A stretch of DNA of 64,000 nucleotides from Candidatus Poribacteria bacterium (lineage in GTDB: Bacteria; Poribacteria; WGA-4E; JAJDTR01). The translations under genes were made by a program, and so were the position numbers. This document shows positions 1-9,777 of the stretch, one piece after another (within the stretch, counting starts at the first letter, position 1; each line of letters begins with the position of its first letter). The notes under the pieces are model-generated. The model had not been told where the DNA came from. It worked only from the letters and a program-made list of their open reading frames with translations, and did not search any database. The stretch covers positions 4,640,001 through 4,704,000 of the forward strand of contig CBDCTK010000002.1 in assembly GCA_965222225.1 (NCBI GenBank). The letters are read 5' to 3'.

Positions 1-690
1 TACGATGGATTTCGCAATGTAGTTACTCTGGACAATGCCTTTATTTCGTTAATTGATCACGCCAAAATCCTCCCAATAGTGGTGCAATTGCTTGGCGCCA
101 ATCTACATGTGATGACATCTCATCTGATCTACAAACACCCTGATCCGGAGGAGTATCCGGATTCACGTCGTCATCCGGGGTGGCATCGGGATTATCTTCG
201 GGCAACCAGAGACTTGGGGAACGCGGCGATTCCGCGCCTTCTGGTAAAGTGCGCCTTCTATTTGACCGATTTAACCATGCGGAACCGCGGTGCAACCATG
301 ATCGCTCCCGGTAGCAATCATCTAATCGGTCGACCTGATATTCCTGACGGACGTGCGGATCCCCTAAATGTGGTCGAACCCAGTCTACAGCCCGGCGATT
401 GCTTAATCTTTGAAAATCGAACCTTTCACGCGGGAGCGCTACATAGAGGTACGGACACTAGAAAAGCTGTCATGATCGGCTACGGATTTCGCTGGGTTGT
501 TCCCATGGACTATGTTACGCAATCGGAAGATTTCTTGGCAAGACTCGCGCCTCTACAGCGTTATCTGTTGGGAGGAGAAATTGAAGAAACCGTAGAATAT
601 CGGTCAGAAGGCGGGCGAAACCCACTCAAGGAGTGGTGTGAGGAACTCGGTATTCCTGACACCCGACACCCTCAACCTCAACGCCTCTGA
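1..690 (+). CDS. Phytanoyl-CoA dioxygenase (PhyH) family Fe(II)/2-oxoglutarate dioxygenase, 5'-truncated by the window edge
   Basis: Frame is open from base 1 (YDGFRNVVTLDNAF...). HxD motif WHRD, APGSN, PGDCLIFENRTFHAG with distal His, and Arg in RKAV. Close paralogue of 7889..8764. Confidence 0.9.
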   Translation, partial: YDGFRNVVTLDNAFISLIDHAKILPIVVQLLGANLHVMTSHLIYKHPDPEEYPDSRRHPGWHRDYLRATRDLGNAAIPRLLVKCAFYLTDLTMRNRGATMIAPGSNHLIGRPDIPDGRADPLNVVEPSLQPGDCLIFENRTFHAGALHRGTDTRKAVMIGYGFRWVVPMDYVTQSEDFLARLAPLQRYLLGGEIEETVEYRSEGGRNPLKEWCEELGIPDTRHPQPQRL

Positions 691-896
691 CAGTCAACCT
701 CCCAAGCAAATACCTATTTTAGTCAATTGCAACCAACTCTCCAAGAAGTGATTCACACTCATGCGTCGCCGCGCGCATAGAACAATCTTTGCTGCTCTCA
801 GACAAACCGAAACATTAAGAATGGCAATTTGACTCGGCATTGTCATCGCAGCACTCCAAATCTTTCTCTTCAGATTCTTCAATCCTACACTATCCA

Positions 897-910
897 ATCG
901 GTATACCGAT
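897..910. promoter_or_regulatory. Perfect 14-bp palindrome, candidate transcription-factor operator
   Basis: ATCGGTATACCGAT is self-complementary and lies about 55-100 bp upstream of the membrane protein gene. The GTATAC core resembles GntR/FadR-type boxes. Confidence 0.35.
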
Positions 911-1010
911 CTTCACTTGGTCTTAACTCGGATAACAGATGTCCAGTCGGGTAACAGTGTGCTTGATGTCCAATAAGTCCCCTAATCCCAATTTCAGTCG
1001 TCAAATTTGA

Positions 1011-2984
1011 ATGTTGGTCTTTATTGGACTAATTGCTCTACCGCTTAACAGTCTGTGGGTAATTGATACGGGGGTTACAGGACATGGTATAAATTTTACG
1101 CGCGTCTCGCTCTTCATGAATGCAATTTGCGTCATTTTCGTCTTGAGCCTAATCAATCCTCTGCTTAAACGATTTGCCGCCAAATTCTCGCTAACGTCAA
1201 GAGATATGGTGTTAATTTATGCGATGATTTGCGTGTCTTCCGCAATTGGGGGCCACGATTTCATCCAGCGCTTGTTCCCCATCATCGGATACGGATTCTA
1301 TTTCGCAACTCTGGAGAACGATTGGGCGCAACTCTTCCACCGCCACATTCCCGAAGCGCTCGTCGTCACCGACCGCACAGTGTTACTTGGATATTACAAG
1401 GATCGTCAACCTCTTTACGACAACAAGTTCTACATCCCGGAATACGTCAGTGCGTGGATTGTACCGTGCCTGGCATGGTCGAGTGTCATTGTTGCCGTAT
1501 TGGTGTGTATGCTTGGCATTAACCTGCTGGTTCGCAAGCAGTGGACAATTCATGAGAAGTTAGCCTATCCACTAGCCCAAATACCTTTGGATATCATTAG
1601 CAACGGTCCGCGTGTGTTTAAAACACCTCTCACTTGGGTCGGATTCTCTGTCGCAGTGGGAATAAACGTCCTTAACGGAATCAATCACTTCTTTCCAAAC
1701 GTCCCCGGGATCTTCGCGCGCCCTTTCTTGATTCACCCGTATCTTACGACAAAGCCTTGGAACACCATGGGCTGGCTTGAGATTAACGTTCATCTTTTCG
1801 CGGTTGGATTGGCGTACTTCATGCCGTTAGACCTGGCATTCTCCTGTTGGTTCTTTTATTGGCTTTGGCGGCTTGAGGCGCTTATCGGTTCAGCCTTTTT
1901 CGGTGTGCCCGGGTCCGGCGGCGTTGCGTTTTCCTTTTTTAGCACGGGTAGATTTCCGTACTCGCAAGAACAATCCATCGGCACTTGCGCCGCGATTTTG
2001 CTTATGGCTGCGTGGGGGCTTCGGCCCGTGGGAAGAGGGATTCTTGACAGTTTCTCAAACTCATTTTCCGGTCAGAATCAGAAACAGTGTAGAGGTTCCT
2101 CGCAAAACCAAGGCAATGGCTCAATCGATGATGCGGCCGAAGATGCTGACTTGCGACGATATCGGTGGGCATCAATCGCGATTCTCGCAAGCATGTGTTA
2201 TCTGATTGCTTTCTGCCATTTGGCAGGAATGTCAATATGGGTGGCAACTTTGTTCTTCTTAATCCTATTCGCAGTTTCAATCGTTGTGACGCGCGTGCGT
2301 ATTGAGGCAGGCTATCCGATGCACGACTTCGTGTTTCGCCCCGAGGACATGTTAGTGGCGGGGTTCGGTACGCGCACGATTGGACCAAAAAACCTAACCC
2401 TCTTTTCCTTTCTCCATTTTCTTACCCACGCGCAACGGAGCAATCCACAACCGCATCAACTGGAATCCTTCAAACTCGCCGATAGAATGAATCTCAACAT
2501 GAACAGACTACTAATTGCAGGGATTCTGATTGCCGCCGTGATTGGCGCCATTGGTGGTTGTTGGGCGTATCTCCATACCACCTACCGGTACCACGTCCTT
2601 CATTATCATCCCGCCGATCGCATATTTTCGCGTCTTCAGAACTGGCTGACGTATCCGCAGCCCCCCGACTTCACATCTCTCGGTTTCATGGGAGTCGGTT
2701 TAGGTATCGGAATGTGGTTTCTAATGTTGCGCAGGCTCTTTGTCTGGTGGCCGCTCCATCCGGCGGGATACATCATCGGGGGGACATGGTCGCTCAATTT
2801 CTTATGGTTCTCAATTTTCCTCACATGGGCTGCGAAGATAATTATCCTTCGATTTGGCGGCATCAAAAGACATCAGCAGGCGGGGAGGTTATTCGTCGGG
2901 TTTGTTTTGGGAGAGTTCGTGATGGTTAGTTTGTGGGGGCTAATTGGGACAATTCTGGGAGAGCGTACTTATCGATTCATCTGA
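1011..2984 (+). CDS. Polytopic membrane protein, DUF6785 (N) + DUF6784 (C)-like putative transporter
   Basis: Many hydrophobic segments. Family-like motifs RKQWxxxEKLAYPLAQIP, GLAYFMPLDLAFSCWFF, TRVRIEAG and WWPLHPAGY...GFVLGE. An in-frame ATG at 966 is separated from 1011 by a single TGA (1008-1010). Confidence 0.8.
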   Translation: MLVFIGLIALPLNSLWVIDTGVTGHGINFTRVSLFMNAICVIFVLSLINPLLKRFAAKFSLTSRDMVLIYAMICVSSAIGGHDFIQRLFPIIGYGFYFATLENDWAQLFHRHIPEALVVTDRTVLLGYYKDRQPLYDNKFYIPEYVSAWIVPCLAWSSVIVAVLVCMLGINLLVRKQWTIHEKLAYPLAQIPLDIISNGPRVFKTPLTWVGFSVAVGINVLNGINHFFPNVPGIFARPFLIHPYLTTKPWNTMGWLEINVHLFAVGLAYFMPLDLAFSCWFFYWLWRLEALIGSAFFGVPGSGGVAFSFFSTGRFPYSQEQSIGTCAAILLMAAWGLRPVGRGILDSFSNSFSGQNQKQCRGSSQNQGNGSIDDAAEDADLRRYRWASIAILASMCYLIAFCHLAGMSIWVATLFFLILFAVSIVVTRVRIEAGYPMHDFVFRPEDMLVAGFGTRTIGPKNLTLFSFLHFLTHAQRSNPQPHQLESFKLADRMNLNMNRLLIAGILIAAVIGAIGGCWAYLHTTYRYHVLHYHPADRIFSRLQNWLTYPQPPDFTSLGFMGVGLGIGMWFLMLRRLFVWWPLHPAGYIIGGTWSLNFLWFSIFLTWAAKIIILRFGGIKRHQQAGRLFVGFVLGEFVMVSLWGLIGTILGERTYRFI

Positions 2985-3033
2985 CATTCAAATGGAATCA
3001 GGATACTTTTGTAGCGCTTACGCGATCCAGGTT

Positions 3034-3061
3034 GTAGTGAACGCAGATTTGCGTTCACTGC
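3034..3061. repeat. GTAG-type REP-like palindrome (possible terminator of the upstream gene)
   Basis: GTAGTGAACGCA-GATT-TGCGTTCACTGC forms a 12-bp stem with one G-T pair. The core is shared with 53367..53394. Confidence 0.6.
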
Positions 3062-3108
3062 TTGCTTGATTCGCAGAAAGAGACAAAGAAGTAGAGGGCA
3101 ATACATAT

Positions 3109-3183
3109 GTAGGAAATAACGATCAACTGAGCGATTGAGCGAACGAATAGTGAGTGCGACAGAAATCCCTCGTTATTCCCTAC
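3109..3183. repeat. REPIN-like inverted pair with GTAG/CTAC ends
   Basis: GTAGGAAATAACGA ... TCGTTATTCCCTAC, 13/14 inverted match with a 47-bp spacer. Confidence 0.5.
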
Positions 3184-3359
3184 AACAGCGCTGCAACATG
3201 GGATTATTGCAGAAAAGTAATCGTTTCTGCTACTCCGTAAGTTGTGTTTTGATTAGATTGTTCTGCAAATGAGTTGGGTTACCTGACAGTTATGATCCCA
3301 ACCATTCCTGTAGAGGGTATTGAGTCTTACTTAGATACGAGTGTCGGCTAAGAAAAAGA

Positions 3360-3387
3360 TTGCAAAAGGTACGGCATGTGCTATCAT
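3360..3387 (+). promoter_or_regulatory. Sigma70-like promoter for the PhyH gene at 3437
   Basis: TTGCAA-16 nt-TATCAT with an extended TG motif. GAGGAG RBS precedes the GTG at 3437. Confidence 0.45.
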
Positions 3388-3436
3388 CCTTTAACCAAAC
3401 AGGGTGATAACGTATGTAGTCTGAGGAGACCTTGTC

Positions 3437-4300
3437 GTGGACGCACAAGCATTCAAAGAGCAATTTGATGAAGATGGCTACGTCATCCTGCGTGACGTCG
3501 TTCCCATCAAGTTAATAGACAATGCCCGGGTAGCCCTAGAACGCATTGTTGATGCGCTGGCAGAGGAGCGTATTGCCAACGGAAACATCCCGCACGCCTT
3601 TAAGGACGACCCGTTTGAACTACGGTTCAAGAAACTCTTCGAAAACGAACCGGGATCGGGGCTTATTCAATTCACGTCTGAACTGCATCAACCGGAGTTC
3701 TATGACTTGTACACGTATCCACGCATGCTCGATTTGGCGCAATCCTATCTGGACGATGAGTTGCGGGTGATAATCTACGTGGTACGCATGCGAGCGTTTC
3801 CCAACAAACTGTATGAGAGTTTGTGGCATCAGGATGCGGGTTATCTTGGCGCGGGGCGCGGAAGATTAGAACCCTCTGACGAGGCGTATTCTCAACTTCG
3901 GTATATGAATTGTTGGACACTTTTTCAACCCGTTAATCGACACAACGGCTGTATGTAGGTTATTCCCGGCACGCACAAACTAGGAGTTGTCAAGCATGTT
4001 ACCGTACCATCATACAACTACCTCCACATCGATTTTGACCTAATCAATCCGATGATTGACTCAGGACAGGTTGTCAACATGGAACTCAATCCTGGCGACG
4101 TGCTTATTTTCCAAAATCTACTGTTCCATCAAGGCAGCGAAAACAATTCGGGCCAACTTCGATGGAGTGCCGATTTTCGTTACCAAGATGCTCGCCAACC
4201 CACGCTCACGAGTGTCAATGGTCACCTTGTACGGAGTCGTGCACATCCTGAACGCGTAATTTCATCACGTGAGGAATGGGCACGTATCTCATGGTCATAA
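3437..4300 (+). pseudogene. PhyH-family dioxygenase interrupted by an in-frame TAG
   Basis: ORFs 3437..3958 and 4052..4300 share a frame. Reading through TAG 3956-3958 gives GCM*VIPGTHKLG...PGDVLIFQNLLFHQG...RWSADFRY (about 287 aa), with HxD motif WHQD. Confidence 0.85.
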
Positions 4301-4356
4301 CACGAAACAAAAATCAAACCTATACGCAACCAACGCCACTGTATTAGTGACTTATG

Positions 4357-5115
4357 TCAAATCGTCGGCATCACATTGCCGCCGCAGACCGGAATATAAG
4401 CGCCGGTAATGTAGCTAGCCAGGTCGGATGCAAGAAAAAGCACCGCATTGGCAATCTCTTGAGCAGTGCCTCGCCGTTGAAGCGGCACTTTGCTTCGATA
4501 ATTTTCATCGGATACACCGGCGGGGCTTTTGTCGCTAATTGTCCACCCCGGAGCGATCTGATTGACAGTGACCCCGTAAGCTCCAACTTCCTTGGCCAAT
4601 ACACGCAAGACACCGTCCATTCCACGCTTTCCCGCCGTATAAGCACTCTGACCTACAAAGTTCTGCATAGCACATTCGGTATTAATGCCAATTACACGCC
4701 CCCACCCGGATTCAGTCATCGCGGGGACGAAAGCCTTGGTCATGTACACATTGTGTAGCACGCACGACCGGAATTGGCTCTCGTAGTCTTCTGCGGGTTG
4801 ATCCAATATCGAAACCCATTTGTACTGAATGACGGCGTTGTTGACGATGATGTTCGCCGGTCCCAGCTTGGATGTAACGGCATCTCGCATCCTGAGTGTC
4901 GAATCCGCATCGGTTACATCCGCCTGTACAATCATCCCTTGCACGCCTAGCGCTTGAATTTCAACCAACAAGCGTTCTGCCATTACTTCATCTTGATGAT
5001 AGCAGATGGCAATATCCGCGCCAGCTCGGGCAAGCGTTCTGACCATTACACGCCCCAAAGCCCCCGAACCACCTGTAATGACCGCAATTCTACCGGAAAG
5101 GTCAATCTCAATCAT
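4357..5115 (-). CDS. Short-chain dehydrogenase/reductase (FabG-like)
   Basis: ITGGSGALG, NNA, YTAGK and NQIAPG motifs. ATG 5115 lies 8 nt after the true stop of the upstream membrane gene. Confidence 0.9.
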   Translation of the reverse strand: MIEIDLSGRIAVITGGSGALGRVMVRTLARAGADIAICYHQDEVMAERLLVEIQALGVQGMIVQADVTDADSTLRMRDAVTSKLGPANIIVNNAVIQYKWVSILDQPAEDYESQFRSCVLHNVYMTKAFVPAMTESGWGRVIGINTECAMQNFVGQSAYTAGKRGMDGVLRVLAKEVGAYGVTVNQIAPGWTISDKSPAGVSDENYRSKVPLQRRGTAQEIANAVLFLASDLASYITGAYIPVCGGNVMPTI

Positions 5116-5123
5116 GTCTTTTA

Positions 5124-7038
5124 TCACCAATTTTTAAATGTATACGTGGGTTCACCTGTCAACAAACCCATGATTCCCCACATCGTCCCGAGAACAAAGT
5201 CTCCCAATATAATCCAAGAAATAGAGGAAGAGCCTTTCGATACGCCCTGATGCCCCCGTACTTAAGGAGTGGCGCCTTGATTAACCAACTTTCCAAAAAA
5301 GGGAACCACAGGTGCGCGAAGAAGTGATACCCCGCCAGCGGATAGGCAAGCGGGTGTAACGGCCACCAAAGAAACCGAGATCGCAGGACTGTACCCCTAG
5401 CACGAAGATAAAACCGAAGGCGGTTGACATCAGAGAGGTACCGTCCGCACCTGCCGGTTGCTTAAGCAATCTCTCGATCACATTGTACGCAAGATTGCCG
5501 CGCCAGGCTCCGGGGCCACCCCATTTGTAGCTAAGATCCAGAAATGCCCAGAACGTTACGATGACGGACACAAACGTTGCAAGAAGACAAACTTTCCAGA
5601 GTTTGCGTGTATCAAGTCCGGATCGATCCGCCAGTTTGAAACTCTCCAAATAGGCTGGCATGGGTTGACTCTGAAACCCTTTGGTGTGCGTCCAATGCGG
5701 CGCTGATGCGACAAGCGTCTGTGCCGGTATTCTGTGACTGCCCACTATTGATACAATGAGTTGGAACGGGCCAAAATGAGGAAGTCCGTGTGCCGGCGGT
5801 CCCAACTCCGCGCGCATCCGTGTAAACGCAAAGAGAATCAGAAAGTAAATCACAAAGAACGATAGCGCAAACGATACCGACATTCCCGCGCGATAACAGA
5901 AACCAACCAACAAGGCGATTCCCAGTACAGTGCCTATCGCGGCAGTTCTGTAGCGCATCGGTTCTGTAGAGTCATCCACGCCCCGACGGGAGCCGACAAT
6001 GACGTGAACTACCGCCCGAAGATGCTTTCTCGCCAACCAAAGCGCAATTACAAGAATTCCAAAATAAGCGCCCAGTATCTGCTGGCTGACAAAAGGGTAC
6101 TGCGGTACATTTACTCCGACCGCGCTGCCCCATACGAACTGAAATTTCCACACAAGGAAAAATACCCAGCATGAAAAGAGAAGATCGAGCGGCACCGCAA
6201 ACGCAAGTCCAATCGCGAAGGGGTTCACGTGCATCGGCATCCCCCGCAACGACCTAAGGGAGCTCCAAGGGCGCTCTACGAAGTGTTGGTCCAAATCATA
6301 GGAGACAGGGATACTCGGAATCACCGGGAACAGCACGCTGAACCCGTTGAGCAGACAGATGCCGGCAGCAGAGCCGAAGCCGACCCAGAACAACCCGTTC
6401 CTAAAAAGGCTTTCCGCATCGTCTGTTCGGGTCATTTCGAAAGGGAGATGAACCAGCGGATACGTTAGCTTTTCACGTTCAATCCACTGCTTGCGCATGA
6501 TGATGTCGGCGCAAATCATCACAAACGACGACACCATCAGGAACAGCGTCCACCACAGCATCGGCTGTAACCAGCCTAGGATATGCCGAGATGTGTAGAA
6601 TGACGACTGCCCTGTAAAATAACCGTCCAAGACATGCACCTGTGGCTCAAGCCATTCGGGTATATAGCCTAGAAACAGATTTGCCCATTCGTTTTCTGGC
6701 GTGGCGAACCAATGGGCATTCCCCAACGTTCCCATGATACTGTGCGTGAAGTCGTGTCCACTCACGGGAACAGCCACCATCAATATGCTGTAGACGGTAA
6801 GTAACTCGCCTTGATGCAGCGCCACACTCGGGAGGTATCGACGGATTGGAAGGTTAACTACAATGAGGAGGAAAAGGCAGAAAACCGCGTTGAAAGCTAT
6901 CGTTAGGGTGGTGGGATCCTGGATGTCCCAAACTGTTTCCCACTGCACTACGAGGTAAACGTTGATGGGAATAAACGCGAGGCCAATCAATACGGCACGA
7001 AGCGTGACACCACGCTGGTTCCCTAGTTCACCCAGCAT
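5124..7038 (-). CDS. Second DUF6785/DUF6784-like polytopic membrane protein; two apparent 1-bp deletions near the 3' end
   Basis: RGVTLRAVLIGL start (GGAG RBS before ATG 7038) and RKQWIEREKLTYPL. Restoring one base at about 5395 and one at about 5210 gives ...RFLWWPLHPLAYP...LKYGGIRAYRKALPLFLGxILGDFVLGTMWGIMGLLTGEPTYTFKNW* ending at 5124, matching the C-terminus of paralogue 1011..2984. Confidence 0.8.
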
Positions 7039-7223
7039 CCGGTTTCTCCATAAGACATTGGAAACGTAGCGCACGGCAATCGTAGTGTCCGCTAGCGAAC
7101 AACGTATTTAATTGGTGCAGGGGAAATACTTGGACAAGAGAGTTATCAGCGCTGGTAATATGCAAACAATTTTATCAGGCCGGTATCAGCAGGTTTGGCA
7201 AGTCTTGCTTGTCTTCATCACCT

Positions 7224-7367
7224 CTATATTTCTGTAGCATAGAGTGAGACCAAGCAATCAAAGTCCTCATGCAGCAGTACGTTTTCCCCATCCTGCGCCA
7301 CGCTCATCGCATGCGGTAACAGAACAAAAATTGCTACCACCAAACCGAATAACACAAATCTCCTCAT
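7224..7367 (-). pseudogene. 47-aa ORF with a signal peptide; probably the truncated N-terminus of a secreted protein
   Basis: GAGGAG RBS. MRRFVLFGLVVAIFVLLPHAMSVA-QDGENVLLHEDFD... ends at TAG. Below the ORF-track length cut-off. Confidence 0.5.
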
Positions 7368-7682
7368 AGACGATTCTCCTCGTCGCAGTTTGTGGTATTG
7401 CCGCTCAACGGATCCGGTTTACAATCCTGAGTGTAATTGTAGAAAAGACACCGAATTATTGTACTTTCAGGCTCAAAGATTGTCAAGAGAAAATTTGTTT
7501 TTATTGTGTGACACACGCCTTTCAAGCTACCTCGCATTGCAAATCCTTCTTGGTCCCTTGCCGTGTTCTGAGATTTGTCCATGCGCAGAAATACATACGT
7601 TCATTTTCACGGTTTCTGTGATATAATTTAAGCATCGGAATGCTTTCACCCAAAAATTCCGAAATCGGACTATGATGTCACA

Positions 7683-7841
7683 CCAGTACAGCTTGGCATA
7701 ATTGTCGTAAGAGTTATACGTTCAGTAAAGGTAGGTGCGATTTTCTAATCGCACCGTTAGTGAATGTACAGTTTAAGTGGACGTACAAAGGCGCCCCTTA
7801 ACCGTTTAATCCACTTAACTATTTCCGCCAACGTGTACTAG
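7683..7841. repeat. MITE-like element with degenerate terminal inverted repeats and an internal GTAG REP
   Basis: Left end CCAGTACAGCTTGGCATAA vs reverse complement of right end CTAGTACACGTTGGCGGAA (14/19). Internal hairpin GTAGGTGCGATT-TTCT-AATCGCACC at 7731..7755. Confidence 0.4.
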
Positions 7842-7888
7842 TCGGATACAGTCGGGGAGTCTTAGCCGAATATACAGGAAGATCGAAA

Positions 7889-8764
7889 ATGACAGAAACG
7901 AACGATACACCTATAGATTTGAAATGGCACTCCCTCACGCATTTAGAGGTACGTCAATTTGACGAAGAGGGATATCTCATTGTGCGTGGGGTATTGGATC
8001 CGCCCACTATCAGCAAACTCATAGAAGCTAGCGATCGGCTGATGGCAAGCGATAGACGCGAAAACCGCCAAGTCAGTCACAGTGAATTGTACGACAGCTT
8101 CCGAAACAGTGTCGCAATTGATGACATCTTTATTCCTTTGCTGACGAATGAGACAATCCTTTCCATTGTGGTTCAACTGCTTGGCGCTCACCTGCAGTTA
8201 ATGACTTCGCACCTTATCTATAAACACCCCGATCCACCCGGTACATCAAAGAACGTCCGATCGCCCGGTTGGCACCGCGACTACGGAAGCGCGACCAAAG
8301 TACTCGGTAACGGCGTTCCGCGAATTTTATTGAAATGTGGGTACTATTTGACAGATCTCAGCGAGCCAAACTCAGGTGCTACGTTAGTCGCCCCCGGCAG
8401 CAATCAGCTTGTTGAACCGATTAAAATACCGGAAGGTCAAACCGATCCGACCAACGCGGTCGAACCTAGTCTAAAACCCGGTGATTGTCTGCTATTTGAA
8501 AATCGCACCTGGCATGCCGGAGCGGCGAACCTGACGACGCGGATCCGAAAAGGAATTATGTTCGGATACGGTTACCGATGGGTGATGCCTATGGACTACC
8601 GCACCCAGTCACAGGACGTACTGGATAAACTTAACCCTCTCGGTCAGTACCTTGTTGGTGAATCGTACCAAAAAACACTGGAGTACCATCCGGGCGGAGG
8701 AGAAAGTCCGCTTGCGGCTTGGAGTGAACAGCATGGTGTCCCCGCTGTGAGACCTGTTTCCTAG
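7889..8764 (+). CDS. PhyH-family Fe(II)/2OG dioxygenase
   Basis: FDEEGYLIV, WHRD, APGSN and PGDCLLFENRTWHAG motifs. Confidence 0.92.
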   Translation: MTETNDTPIDLKWHSLTHLEVRQFDEEGYLIVRGVLDPPTISKLIEASDRLMASDRRENRQVSHSELYDSFRNSVAIDDIFIPLLTNETILSIVVQLLGAHLQLMTSHLIYKHPDPPGTSKNVRSPGWHRDYGSATKVLGNGVPRILLKCGYYLTDLSEPNSGATLVAPGSNQLVEPIKIPEGQTDPTNAVEPSLKPGDCLLFENRTWHAGAANLTTRIRKGIMFGYGYRWVMPMDYRTQSQDVLDKLNPLGQYLVGESYQKTLEYHPGGGESPLAAWSEQHGVPAVRPVS

Positions 8765-8841
8765 ATTAGTGTGGTTGCAAAATGGATTTTCTCCCATGTC
8801 GCGACAACTTGGGATACCGAAATTTCGTCAAAGGAAAAATA

Positions 8842-9777
8842 ATGGAACATTTAACTATTCCGGGAGTAGTGAAAGCAATTTCGCGGATTGTGCTCGGGAC
8901 TTTGGTGTTTTCTCCGCACAGAGAGATGACCGGCGAAGAGCTATTGGATGATTTCTTCGCGGCAGGCGGGAATGCGATAGATACAGCTCATGCCTATGGC
9001 GGTGGAGACAGTGAACGGGTAATCGGCGCGTGGATAAAGGCACGCGACAACCGGGCGGAAGTGTTTTTGATCGACAAAGGCGCCCACCCCACGCCTAAAG
9101 TGCCGCGTCCGAGACTCAATCCTCAGGAGATTAAGTGCGATCTAGACGAGAGCCTCGACCGGTTACAGACGGATTATATCGATCTATATCTACTTCATCG
9201 CGACGATTCTCAGATTCCGGTAGCCACGATTATTGATTATCTAAATCAGGAGATTGAATCGGGAAGAATTCTTGCTTTTGGAGCATCCAACTGGACACAT
9301 CTACGTATTCAAGAGGCAAATGAGTATGCCGCCCAAAACGGGTTGATTGGTTTTGCGGTCAGCAGCTCAAACTTGAGTCTTGCCGTTTCGATGGAGGCGA
9401 TGTGGCCAGGTGTCCTCTCTGCCTCCGAAGAAGCCCAGCGTTGGCATCGGGAGAGTCAATTCCCTTTGATGTCTTGGTCGTCTCAAGCGAGAGGGTTCTT
9501 CAGCGGGCAATTTACTCGTGAAAACCGGAGTGAAAAAAATATGGTGCGAGTGTACTATAACCGTGACAATTTTGAAAGGCTCAAACGCGGGCAGGAATTG
9601 GGCAGCAGGAAAGGGTTTACCGCCATCCAAATTGCGCTGGCTTATGTTATTCATCAGCCGTATCCAACGTTTCCGATTGTTGGGCCATGCACGCTTGATG
9701 AATTAGACTCATCCCTTGAGGCGCTCAAAATTGAACTGTCTAACGATGAGATTCGATGGCTCAACCTTCAAGACTGA
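8842..9777 (+). CDS. Aldo/keto reductase
   Basis: SRIVLGT, NAIDTAHAYG, SLDRLQTDYIDLYLLH, GASNW and QIALAYV motifs. ATG 8842 follows an AAGGA RBS. Confidence 0.92.
   Translation: MEHLTIPGVVKAISRIVLGTLVFSPHREMTGEELLDDFFAAGGNAIDTAHAYGGGDSERVIGAWIKARDNRAEVFLIDKGAHPTPKVPRPRLNPQEIKCDLDESLDRLQTDYIDLYLLHRDDSQIPVATIIDYLNQEIESGRILAFGASNWTHLRIQEANEYAAQNGLIGFAVSSSNLSLAVSMEAMWPGVLSASEEAQRWHRESQFPLMSWSSQARGFFSGQFTRENRSEKNMVRVYYNRDNFERLKRGQELGSRKGFTAIQIALAYVIHQPYPTFPIVGPCTLDELDSSLEALKIELSNDEIRWLNLQD

Noticed and set aside
1008-3958. Stop-codon reassignment, selenocysteine or pyrrolysine at the two in-frame stops
   Set aside because: TAG and TGA both end many clearly bounded genes here (e.g. aroB TAG, folE TGA), and the positions fit single transitions from Trp and Gln codons.
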